Origin: Alphaproteobacteria bacterium
GTDB taxonomy: Bacteria; Pseudomonadota; Alphaproteobacteria; UBA828
Assembly: GCA_965214705.1 (NCBI GenBank)
Contig: OZ243972.1
Span: 4,096,001-4,160,000 of the forward strand
Direction: 5' to 3'
Length of the DNA: 64,000 nucleotides
Part shown: positions 9,484 through 17,826 of the stretch, piece after piece
Numbering within the stretch: position 1 is the stretch's first letter
Layout of the letters: each line of letters begins with the position of its first letter
The notes under the pieces: model-generated
The model's input: only the letters and a program-made list of their open reading frames with translations
Databases searched by the model: none
Told to the model about the DNA's origin: nothing
Made by a program: the position numbers and the translations under genes

Positions 9484-10290
9484 TCATGAGGGCGACAGCG
9501 CCATCAGTGGCACGTTGGAGCGGATCTCCACCTGGTCGGGACGCAGGCGGGCGAAGGCGATGCAGGCGGCGGCCTCGGATTCGGTCTCGAAGACTCCCAG
9601 CTCGTCGCCCGTCTCCAATTCGACCACGGAAATCTGAGGCGGCCAGAGTGCCGCCAGGTGACGCTCGGGCGCGCGGAAATTGGAACGATATGCGCAGCGC
9701 GGACAGCGCGCCGCGCCCCCGGTGCGGACTCCACAATCCACACACTCACCTCTTGCGCGTCGCCTGACGTAGCGCTTCTTGCTGGCGACGCTCTTTCGCT
9801 CGGGAGAGACGCGCTCCATCTGCAGCGCGAGGCACCGGCCGCAGCGCGACAGGCCCTCGACCGTGGGCTGGGTGCAGCGCACACAGCGGCCGGCGGCGCG
9901 CCGCACGTCATAGCGCCGGCGGTCGAGTGCGCGGCGTGCCTCGCGGCATGGCTCGCAGACGGAGCGGTTGTCCTCCGGCCGGCGGCGCCCGCAGGATGTA
10001 CACTGCCCTGCCTCCTTCCACGCCCTCCGCCGCCGCCTGTCGCCGGCGCGGTCGGCGCGCCGGCACCGCTCCGGATCGCGGCCGCCATATTGCTTGCCCT
10101 CGGCGCGGGCCTTCGCACGGCGGGCACGGTCGGCGGCGCGGCGTTTCTCGGCGCAGCCGGTACATACTTTGCGACCAGGCTCGGGAGGAAGCCGGCCACA
10201 GCGGGTGCACAAGCCGCTCGCAATCCGGGCGGCATGGCGCCGTCGCAGGCGGGTGCTGGCCCGCTCCTTTGCGGAGACCTGGTCGGGCAT
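9484..10290 (-). CDS. Cys/Arg-rich hypothetical protein with four CxxC..CxxC repeats and a small C-terminal domain
   Basis: GLCTRC..CTGC, GQCTSC..CEPC, GRCVRC..CGRC and GECVDC..CPRC repeats; C-terminal domain is homologous to the remnant at 37085-37252. Confidence 0.8.
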   Translation of the reverse strand: MPDQVSAKERASTRLRRRHAARIASGLCTRCGRLPPEPGRKVCTGCAEKRRAADRARRAKARAEGKQYGGRDPERCRRADRAGDRRRRRAWKEAGQCTSCGRRRPEDNRSVCEPCREARRALDRRRYDVRRAAGRCVRCTQPTVEGLSRCGRCLALQMERVSPERKSVASKKRYVRRRARGECVDCGVRTGGAARCPRCAYRSNFRAPERHLAALWPPQISVVELETGDELGVFETESEAAACIAFARLRPDQVEIRSNVPLMALSPS

Positions 10291-10305
10291 GACCGGCGCC
10301 CCCGC

Positions 10306-10632
10306 TCAGCGCGCGTGGCGCATGGCGCTCAACCCGCTCGCGGCAATCCCCCAGATCTGCACGCCCGACGCCTTCAGATCGAGCGCGGTGCAGATGATGA
10401 TCTCGTCGCGCTCGGGGCGCATCTTCCTGACGGCGCCGGCGCTCACGATCGTGCGGCGTGGCCTGCGTCCGCCCTTCCTTGCCTTCGGCTGCCCGGCCTC
10501 GACCGGGTGGATCTGCCCGTCGGGCCGGGAGCGGTACTTCTCTATCACGTAGCGCTCCCCGTCGAGCCCCCGCCCGAAGACGTGGACCAGGAACGTGTGC
10601 GCGTTGCGATGCGACGGCCGGCGAATCTGCAT
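10306..10632 (-). CDS. Hypothetical protein (108 aa)
   Basis: GGGAGG RBS; first gene after an AT-rich promoter region; 15 nt upstream of the Cys-rich gene. Confidence 0.6.
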   Translation of the reverse strand: MQIRRPSHRNAHTFLVHVFGRGLDGERYVIEKYRSRPDGQIHPVEAGQPKARKGGRRPRRTIVSAGAVRKMRPERDEIIICTALDLKASGVQIWGIAASGLSAMRHAR

Positions 10633-10779
10633 GGCCTGCCTCCCCTTCGTCTCGGTGTGGTCCTGAATTTGGTATTACTGGGGTGCGTCAGGTAGTGGAG
10701 TGGCTCGTTTTCTCTCCTGCATATGTTTTACATTACAGGTGATTGGGTCGTTTCGCAAGAGGATTGTGGCGGCTTCTAT

Positions 10780-11317
10780 CTGATATAAAATTTTACGTCG
10801 CGAACCGATCAGTTGCAATCTGGGAAGTGAAGGCATATGTCAGTGATTGCGAGTCTGTCTGTACGGAGAAACACACGATGGATATTCGGGTTTGAAGAGG
10901 GGGTAAGGCGGTGGGTTCTCATGACGTACGCGGATGGGCAAGTCGTAACTGTTTTATATGGTATTATGTAGGTGGTTTCGGCACGAACGCGGGGCCTTCG
11001 AGGTTGGTCACGCAGTATTGCACCGTCCCCGGGGTGCCCTCATGAGCCGCCGGCCGGCCGAGCGCCGCACGCAGCACGCGGTGATGGCCACGGCGAGCGA
11101 TTGGGTGCGAATCCGCGAACCCGCGGCCGACGCAGGCAAGGATCTCTCGCGCTACGTCGTGCACAGGGCGAGCGCGCCGGACCCGCTGCCGGATAGCGTT
11201 CTGCGCCGCACGGTGCGCGAGCTTCCGCTGCTCGCCAGGATCGAGCAACAGCGCATGGCCGACATGGGGCTGGAGGAGCGCTGGAACGCGCTTGGCGATG
11301 CCGTCGATGCCTGGGAG
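10780..11317 (+). repeat. Diverged copy of 28717-29250 (AT-rich leader + first RHH gene)
   Basis: Shared blocks TGATATAAAA, TCAGTTGCAATCTGGGAA, AAGGC(A/G)TATGTC, TTATATGG, followed by near-identical protein sequence. Confidence 0.85.
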
Positions 11318-11440
11318 GATGCCCTCTCGCGGCCGAGCGCACGATCGCCTCTCGTATACGCCCTTCGGAGCAAGGGATCGGTGAGCCGTCCCACGCGCTG
11401 GGCAGCTCTCGGTGCCATCGCGCCTGCTTGCGATCATTGA
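11042..11440 (+). pseudogene. RHH/MobC-like protein, 3'-truncated paralogue of 28978..29361
   Basis: ERRTQHAVMATASDWVRIRE.AADAGKDLSRYVVHRA; similarity stops after ..LGDAVDAW (~11317). Confidence 0.65.
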
Positions 11441-11699
11441 CGAAGCCGCATTGCGGGAGGGGGTATCCCGCTCCGGACTCATCGCCTGCGCGGCACTCAG
11501 TTTCGTGGAACGGCGGGCGAGGGAGCGATAGAAGCGCGTGCGTTCGCCGGAGCGGGGTTGTCCGGCGGCCCGCTTCGGACCTCCCGCCACAGACGGAGGG
11601 CCAGGTTGAACTCGCCATCGACGAGCGCGACCGCGGCGCGCAGGGAAACGGACGCATGGCAGCGGTGGAGTGCGCAGGCCCTTTTATGAGGCTCTCGAA

Positions 11700-11950
11700 G
11701 TCAAGGTGCCGAGCCGGCTTCTTTATTGCATGCTATTCCCTCCCTCTCGTGGTCGATCGGATCGGCGCCTTGTCTTGCCAGGTCGAAACGCTTCTCTCAT
11801 CGGTCGCGCGTCTATGCGCATACCCACCTTTTATCCGGGCGGCTGCCGGCAAGGGTGTGCCGGAGCCGTCCCCCAATCCCGCTTGCTGCGGGCGCAGCGT
11901 TCCGGGGGCGGGGCCCTTCTGTCCGCCGGCGTATTTCAGCCCGGCCTTCG
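11700..11950 (-). ncRNA. Putative bridge/seek RNA of the IS110 element (limits approximate)
   Basis: Contains GCGGACAG (= target flank + core), CCCT (complement of core + other target flank) and ATAAAAG (= donor end + core) in the expected order, inside predicted stem-loops. Confidence 0.72.
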
Positions 11951-12018
11951 CTCGGCCACTCGCCACCCGGCCCAGCCCCGGCCGCGTCCGGCCGGGCTGG
12001 AACAGTGCGGTCTCGGTG

Positions 12019-13206
12019 TCAGGCGAGCTTGGCGCCCGTCGGCACGAGACCGGTCTCGGAGAACCGCCAGAGCGCGATGAGCAGCTTGCGGGCGAGCGCC
12101 ACGATCATCACTCGGCGAATGCGGCCCCGAGCTCCGGCGGTGCGTTCCTCGAACCACTTGCTGAGCACGCTGTCGGGTTGATGGCGCAACCAGCGCCACG
12201 CCATTTGGATGAGGAGGGCACGGATCCAGGCCGGACCGTCGCGGCCGATCCCCTGATCGCGTTGCACGTCCCCGCTTGCCCATGGGGTCGGCGTCAACCC
12301 GACCCAGCTCGCAAGCTCACGGCGGTTGTGGAAGTCGCGGTAGAAGATCTCGTGCTCAAGCAGCGTCGCGTCGTTCGCGCCGATCCCCTTCAGTTGGGTC
12401 AACGTCGCGATCTTGGCCGCCGCCTGCTCCTGGCTTCCATCGGGCGCGACCGGTGCCGGGACAGCCTCGCCTTGGCTGACAATCGCATCTCGCTCCACCT
12501 CGACTTCCGCGATCTGCCGCCGCACGAGCGACAACCGCTCCACAAGCCGAAGGATCTCCTGGCGAGCTCGCGGCGGAAACGGCGATCCATACGCGGTCAC
12601 CGTGTCCGCGAACGTCTCCTCGAACCCTTTGGCGCGGGGGTCCAGGTCGAAGATGCCGTGCAGCTTCAGCAGCCCCTTGATCGAGTTGGTCAGCGAGGTC
12701 CGCTCCTTCACCAGGCGCCGGCGCTCGCGAAGCAGCCGCTTGCGATCCTCCTCCTCGACGCTCGGAACCCGCACACGGCTCAGCACTGCGGCGTCACCCC
12801 GGTCATGGGCGAGAAGGGCGCGCACCATCTTCTTCGCATCGATCCGATCCGTCTTGCGCTGCTTCGCCTTCCGGTTCACCAACAGGCTCGCCGGATCGAG
12901 CACCACCGTCTCGATGGACATCTCCCGCTCCAGCCAGCGCTCCAGCCAGAAGCCCTCGTAGCCCGCCTCGTAGCAGCACAGGACGCGCACCTCTCGGTCG
13001 AGAGCCCGTTCAGCCTTGGCCCGCTGATTCTCGATCAGATCCCTGAGGCCTTCCGTGTCCGCCGGCCCGAGCGAGTGCAGGCCGATCTTTTCGCTGGTCG
13101 GGCTCTTGACCCCAACCACCCAGCTCTTCTGACTAACCTCAATCGCCACGTACAGCGTGTCATGCTCCGCCTCGGCCGGCGCAGCGGTCTCGTTCAATGA
13201 GGACAT
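12019..13206 (-). CDS. IS110-family recombinase/transposase
   Basis: YVAIEVSQKSW, CYEAG..GFWL, KTDRIDA, LKGIG, WVGLTPTPWASG, IVALARKLLIALWR. Confidence 0.95.
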   Translation of the reverse strand: MSSLNETAAPAEAEHDTLYVAIEVSQKSWVVGVKSPTSEKIGLHSLGPADTEGLRDLIENQRAKAERALDREVRVLCCYEAGYEGFWLERWLEREMSIETVVLDPASLLVNRKAKQRKTDRIDAKKMVRALLAHDRGDAAVLSRVRVPSVEEEDRKRLLRERRRLVKERTSLTNSIKGLLKLHGIFDLDPRAKGFEETFADTVTAYGSPFPPRARQEILRLVERLSLVRRQIAEVEVERDAIVSQGEAVPAPVAPDGSQEQAAAKIATLTQLKGIGANDATLLEHEIFYRDFHNRRELASWVGLTPTPWASGDVQRDQGIGRDGPAWIRALLIQMAWRWLRHQPDSVLSKWFEERTAGARGRIRRVMIVALARKLLIALWRFSETGLVPTGAKLA

Positions 13207-13780
13207 ATCGTGTCTCCTTATGAGGATTGGTCAGAACGGCACCGTAGCGCCGGTCACCGAGTCGCCTCATAGGATCTGTCCGCAAGGGCGCGCGCCCGGT
13301 CGCCCACGGCAAATTCGTTCTGATTTTCGCCGCTGGCTGACGGCACTCAATCATGCTGTTGGTGACCGTCTAGACCCGCGCGTATTCGCTCATTTAGGGC
13401 GCGTGATTTTGGTGGCGATGTAGTTGACGGGTTTTTTGTCCGCACTGATTTGAGCGCTTGTTGCTGTTGGGCCTGTGGGGAAGTGGTCAGGCGCGGAGCG
13501 GCTGTCCACTTGTCCACAGGCCTTCGGCCGGTCGTGTGGAAGCTGGGCCAGGCGACCTGCCGATTTTGAGGTCCGGCGGGCTTGCCGTCGGCAGCGTTGC
13601 GCACCTGACATCGAGATCGCCGGGGGTAGACTCGGGCCGCTGAGAACGATGCGGCGCCGGCCCCGTTTGCCTGATCGCAACAGCCGACGCCGCACCCCCG
13701 AGCCATGCCAGACACGGCCCAGATGCACAGTATTGTGCTGGATTCTGCGGGGGTCGAGCCCGTTCTCATCGACCGCCGCG

Positions 13781-14227
13781 ATGAGGAACTTCGGCCGCAT
13801 CTTCAACTGCCCGCAGTGTCATCGGCAGGTTGTTCTCTGCCCCCGCTGCGACCGCGGCAATCACTACTGCTCCAGGGAGTGCAGCGAGAGCGCGCGCCGA
13901 GAGTCGCAGCGTCTCGCCGGGCGGCGCTACCAGGACGGGCGCCCGGGGCGCCGCAAGCACGCGGAGCGCCAGAGACGCTATCGGGACCGGCAGCGCTGCA
14001 GGGCGCTTCAGGATGAGGGCTGCGGGCGGAAAGTGACGCATCACCCTTCGACGCGCGCGCACCGCCGTGTTGTCGTGCCACGGACGCCAGGGACGCGCCG
14101 CGGAACACGCCCCTTCGGGGACGAGGAGCCCGCCGGGGGCTTCCGCTGCAGCATCTGCGGCCGCTTCTGCGCGGTGTTCGTTCATCCGGGCCTGCGCACG
14201 GTGCGCCACCCGGCACGAGAGGGGTGA
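13781..14227 (+). CDS. Cys-rich, basic IS21-associated protein
   Basis: FNCPQCHRQVVLCPRCDRGNHYCSRECSESARR..RRYQ..GRRKHAERQRRYR and C-terminal CSICGRFC; stop 1 nt before the istA ATG. Confidence 0.8.
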   Translation: MRNFGRIFNCPQCHRQVVLCPRCDRGNHYCSRECSESARRESQRLAGRRYQDGRPGRRKHAERQRRYRDRQRCRALQDEGCGRKVTHHPSTRAHRRVVVPRTPGTRRGTRPFGDEEPAGGFRCSICGRFCAVFVHPGLRTVRHPAREG

Positions 14228-14228
14228 G

Positions 14229-15734
14229 ATGACCACAGACAAGGAGACGAGAGCGGAGATCCTGCGGCTGTATCACGCCGAGAAGTGGAAGATCGGCACG
14301 ATCGCGCGTCAGCTCGGCGTCCATCACGGCACCGTGCGGCGCGCGATCAGGGACGCCGAGGAGCCTCGGCAGCACAAGCCGCGGCCCTCGAAGCTCGATC
14401 CCTTCATCCCCTTCATCCGCCAGACACTGAAGAAATACCCGACGCTGCCGGCCAGCCGGCTCTACGAGATGGTGTGCGGGCGCGGCTACCGGGGGAGCCA
14501 GAGCCACTTCCGTCGTGTGATCGCCTCCCTGCGGCCGAAGCCTGAAGCCGAGGCCTATCTGCGGCTGAAGACCCTTCCCGGCGAGCAGGCCCAGGTCGAT
14601 TGGGCCCACTTCGGCAAGGTCAGGATCGGGCGCGCGGAGCGCCCGTTGATGGGCTTCGTGATGGTGCTCAGCTACTCGCGCCGCATCTTCCTGCGCTTCT
14701 ACCTGGGCGCAGGGATGAACAACTTCCTGCGCGGCCATATCGACGCCTTCGAGGCCTGGCAGGGGGTGCCGCGCGAGATCTGGTGCGACAACCTGAAGAG
14801 CGTCGTGCTCGAGCGCCGCGGGAGCGCTGTCCACTTCAATCCCCGGTACCTCGACTTCGCCGCCCACTACCGCGTGCTGGCACGGCCTGTCGCGATCGCG
14901 CGCGGCAACGAAAAAGGGCGCGTCGAGCGGGCCATACGCTATGTACGCGCCAGCTTCTTCGCCGCCCGGGAGTGGCGCGACATCGACGACCTCAACGCCC
15001 AGGCCGAGGCCTGGTGCGAGGGCATCGCCGCCGACCGCCCCTGGCCCGAGGATCGCTCCATCACCGTGCGCGAGGCCTTCGAGAAGGAACGCAGCTCTCT
15101 CATGGCCTTGCCCGGCGACCGCTTCCCCGTCGACGAACGGGTCGAGGTCGTCATCGGCAAGACGCCTTACGCCCGGTTCGATCTCAACGACTACAGCGTC
15201 CCCCACACCCATGCGCGGCACACCCTTGTCGTGATCGCGACGCTGGACGAGGTCCGCATCCTCGACGGCACGGACGTCATTGCCACCCATCCGCGCAGCT
15301 TCGACAAGGGCGCCTGCATCGAGATCCCCGAGCACATCGCCGAGTTGGCCAAGAAAAAGCGTCACGCCCGGCGCCTTCGCGGGCAGGATCGTCTGATCAA
15401 GGCTGCGCCGAACAGCGAGCGCCTGCTCGACGAGGCCGCCAAACGCGGCGGCCATCTCGGCTCCATCGTCGCCGCCCTCTTGCGCCTCCTCGACGAGTAT
15501 GGCGCCGCCGAGCTCGAGGCCGGCATCGACGAGGCGCTCAAGCGCGGCGTCCCCCATCCCAACGCCGTGCGCCTGAGCCTGACGAGGCGCCGCGAACAGC
15601 AGGACAAGCCGCCGCCCATCCCGGTCGATCTGCCCGACGATCCGAAGGTCCGCGACATCGCCGTCCGCGACCACGACCTGACGGATTACGACGGGCTGGC
15701 GGGCGAGGGCGAGGAGGAGGACAGCGAAGAATGA
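14229..15734 (+). CDS. istA: IS21 transposase IstA
   Basis: N-terminal HTH, SKLDPF, PGEQAQVDWAHFG, WCDNLKS, EKGRVER. Confidence 0.95.
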   Translation: MTTDKETRAEILRLYHAEKWKIGTIARQLGVHHGTVRRAIRDAEEPRQHKPRPSKLDPFIPFIRQTLKKYPTLPASRLYEMVCGRGYRGSQSHFRRVIASLRPKPEAEAYLRLKTLPGEQAQVDWAHFGKVRIGRAERPLMGFVMVLSYSRRIFLRFYLGAGMNNFLRGHIDAFEAWQGVPREIWCDNLKSVVLERRGSAVHFNPRYLDFAAHYRVLARPVAIARGNEKGRVERAIRYVRASFFAAREWRDIDDLNAQAEAWCEGIAADRPWPEDRSITVREAFEKERSSLMALPGDRFPVDERVEVVIGKTPYARFDLNDYSVPHTHARHTLVVIATLDEVRILDGTDVIATHPRSFDKGACIEIPEHIAELAKKKRHARRLRGQDRLIKAAPNSERLLDEAAKRGGHLGSIVAALLRLLDEYGAAELEAGIDEALKRGVPHPNAVRLSLTRRREQQDKPPPIPVDLPDDPKVRDIAVRDHDLTDYDGLAGEGEEEDSEE

Positions 15735-16525
15735 CCGACACCCTCAAGGACCGGGCCCGTGCCCTCGGCCTGCACGGCCTCATCGCACACTGGGACGAGG
15801 TCGGCGAGTGCGACTGGCTGACCACGCTCATCGCCTGGGAAGAAGACGAGAGACGCGCCCGAAGCCTCAAGCGCCGCCTCGCCGATGCCCGGCTCGGTGA
15901 CTTCAAGCCGCTCGCCGACTTCAACTGGGACTGGCCCCGCCGCTGCGACCGCATGGCCGTCGAGGACCTCATGGGCCTCGACTTCCTCAAGGAGGCCGCC
16001 AACGTCGTCCTGGTCGGCCCCAACGGCGTCGGCAAATCGACGATCGCCGCCAATATCGCCCACCGCGCCGTCCTCGAGGGCCATACCGTGCGCTTCGCCA
16101 CCGCTGCCAGCATGCTCGGCGAGCTCGCCGCCATCGACTCCGACACCCTGCTCCAGCGAAAGCTGCGCTTCTACGCCCGCCAGCAACTGCTGGTGATCGA
16201 CGAGGTGGGATACCTCTCCTACAGCAACCGCCACGCCGACCTGCTGTTCAGCATCGTCTCAAGCCGCACCCAGCAGAACTCCACGATTATCACGACCAAC
16301 CGGCCGTTCGCCGAGTGGGGCGAGGCCTTCCCCAACGCCGCCTGCGTCGTGGCCCTGGTCGACCGCCTCGTCCACAACGCCGAGATCATCGCCATCGACG
16401 GCGATTCATACCGCCGCAAGGAGGCCGAGGAGCGCCAGAAGCAGCGCAGCACAGAGCGCCGCCGCCGGCGCCAGGAGAAAGGGCGCCGGCGATCCGGCGA
16501 CCCGCAGGACACCGGGGACGACTGA
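15731..16525 (+). CDS. istB: IS21 helper AAA+ ATPase IstB
   Basis: [36 protein letters not shown]; ATGA overlap with istA. Confidence 0.95.
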   Translation: MTDTLKDRARALGLHGLIAHWDEVGECDWLTTLIAWEEDERRARSLKRRLADARLGDFKPLADFNWDWPRRCDRMAVEDLMGLDFLKEAANVVLVGPNGVGKSTIAANIAHRAVLEGHTVRFATAASMLGELAAIDSDTLLQRKLRFYARQQLLVIDEVGYLSYSNRHADLLFSIVSSRTQQNSTIITTNRPFAEWGEAFPNAACVVALVDRLVHNAEIIAIDGDSYRRKEAEERQKQRSTERRRRRQEKGRRRSGDPQDTGDD

Positions 16526-16537
16526 GGCGGCGCAGCC

Positions 16538-17458
16538 GTGCGCCAGCTACGCCCATGGGAGCGGCGGCTGCGGGCAGAGGGGCTGCGCGGCTGTCCCCTC
16601 GAAGACGTCGCCCGCGCCCTCGGCTACCGCCGCGATCCCGACGACGCCGATCGCTGGAGGCGTCTTGGATCGGTCGTCACCATCAACCGCTTCATGTTCT
16701 ACGACCATCTGCGCGGCGAGGGCGGCGCCGGGGCCGTCGACCTGGTGGTCCATGCCCAACGCTGCACCGTGCCCGACGCCCTGGCCTTCCTCGCGAAACT
16801 GCCGGGCCTTTCCCGGCGCCCCCCGCAGTGCCCCTGCCCACGGCTGCCGCATCCGCAGGAGCGGCACTGGCCCGCAGTGGAACGCCACCTCGTCGACGAG
16901 CGCGGTCTCTCGCCCGTGCTCCTCACCCTGTGCCGCGACCTCCGCCTGGTCCACGCCGACCGCAACGCCAATGCCGTGTTCGTCTGTCGAGACGCCGCAG
17001 GGGTCGCGACCGGCGCCGAGATCGTCCCCACCGGCGGCCGGTGCGGAGCGGCTGCCGGCGCCGGCGAAGCTGCCCCATCCCCGCTCGCCCGCGGGGGCTT
17101 CTGGATATCGTGGGAGCTCGACTGGCCGCACTCCGTGCTCATCGCAAAGAGCGCCATCGACGCCCTGTCCGCCCTCTCCCTCCAGCTCATGCCCGCCGAA
17201 CTCAGGGAATGTGCCGTGGTCTCCATCGCCGCCGTCACTCCAAGCCTCCCCGCGTGGATCGAGGACTGGAACCCCCGCCGCATCTTCTGTGCCTACGACG
17301 CTACCCCTGGCGGCGATGACGCCGCCGAGCGGCTGTTCCGAAGCGACAGCAGGGTCGTCCGCGTGCGGCCCGCCCTCGACGGTGACGACTGGAACGACAT
17401 GCGCAGGCGTGACCTCGAAGGCAATATGCTCGAGACCGACGATCGGCTCATCGACTGA
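16538..17458 (+). CDS. DUF3991/Toprim-like passenger protein inside IS21
   Basis: [53 protein letters not shown]; lies between istB and the right IR. Confidence 0.8.
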   Translation: MRQLRPWERRLRAEGLRGCPLEDVARALGYRRDPDDADRWRRLGSVVTINRFMFYDHLRGEGGAGAVDLVVHAQRCTVPDALAFLAKLPGLSRRPPQCPCPRLPHPQERHWPAVERHLVDERGLSPVLLTLCRDLRLVHADRNANAVFVCRDAAGVATGAEIVPTGGRCGAAAGAGEAAPSPLARGGFWISWELDWPHSVLIAKSAIDALSALSLQLMPAELRECAVVSIAAVTPSLPAWIEDWNPRRIFCAYDATPGGDDAAERLFRSDSRVVRVRPALDGDDWNDMRRRDLEGNMLETDDRLID

Positions 17459-17826
17459 AAAACAACAGGGTCCCTCAGCCAAACCTGCAGGGCCGCTCTC
17501 GCACCACCGCGATCACGACGACCAACACCACAAGCCGGACCGCGCTCAGCACTGCAGATCGGCGCCACGCCGATCAACGCTCCACCACATCAGGCTGTCA
17601 AAATGAGCGAATACGCGCGCTTTTGCGTGATCGCCAACAATCATGCTCCACCCGCTTTCGTTGAGGACCTTGCGGGGCTGGCCACCGGATTTGGCCGCCA
17701 TCGCGCCGCCGCATAGCGCTGTCCTTGGCCGCGAGGGTCGAGCACGGCTTCATCTGGACATGACCGCTCGCCCCCGGCGTTCCGAGGGTTGGCGTCGCGG
17801 CGATGGACGCGGCCCGGAGGGGGCGG

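Larger units (their letters stand above)
11681..13277 (-). mobile_element. IS110-family element, IS1111-type architecture (CT core at both ends)
   Basis: CT at 11681-11682 and 13276-13277; sub-terminal IR TATGAGGC..CTCG (11685-11697) / CGAG..GCCTCATA (13258-13271); long non-coding region 3' of the transposase. Confidence 0.9.
13357..17639 (+). mobile_element. Four-gene IS21-family element (4283 bp)
   Basis: TG..CA ends with IR TGTTGG(T/C)GA..GCGCGTATTCGCTCATTT; 7-bp direct repeat ATCATGC at 13350-13356 and 17640-17646. Confidence 0.93.

Noticed and set aside
11428-13200. 590-aa plus-strand ORF
   Set aside because: Antisense to the IS110 transposase and spans the element boundary.
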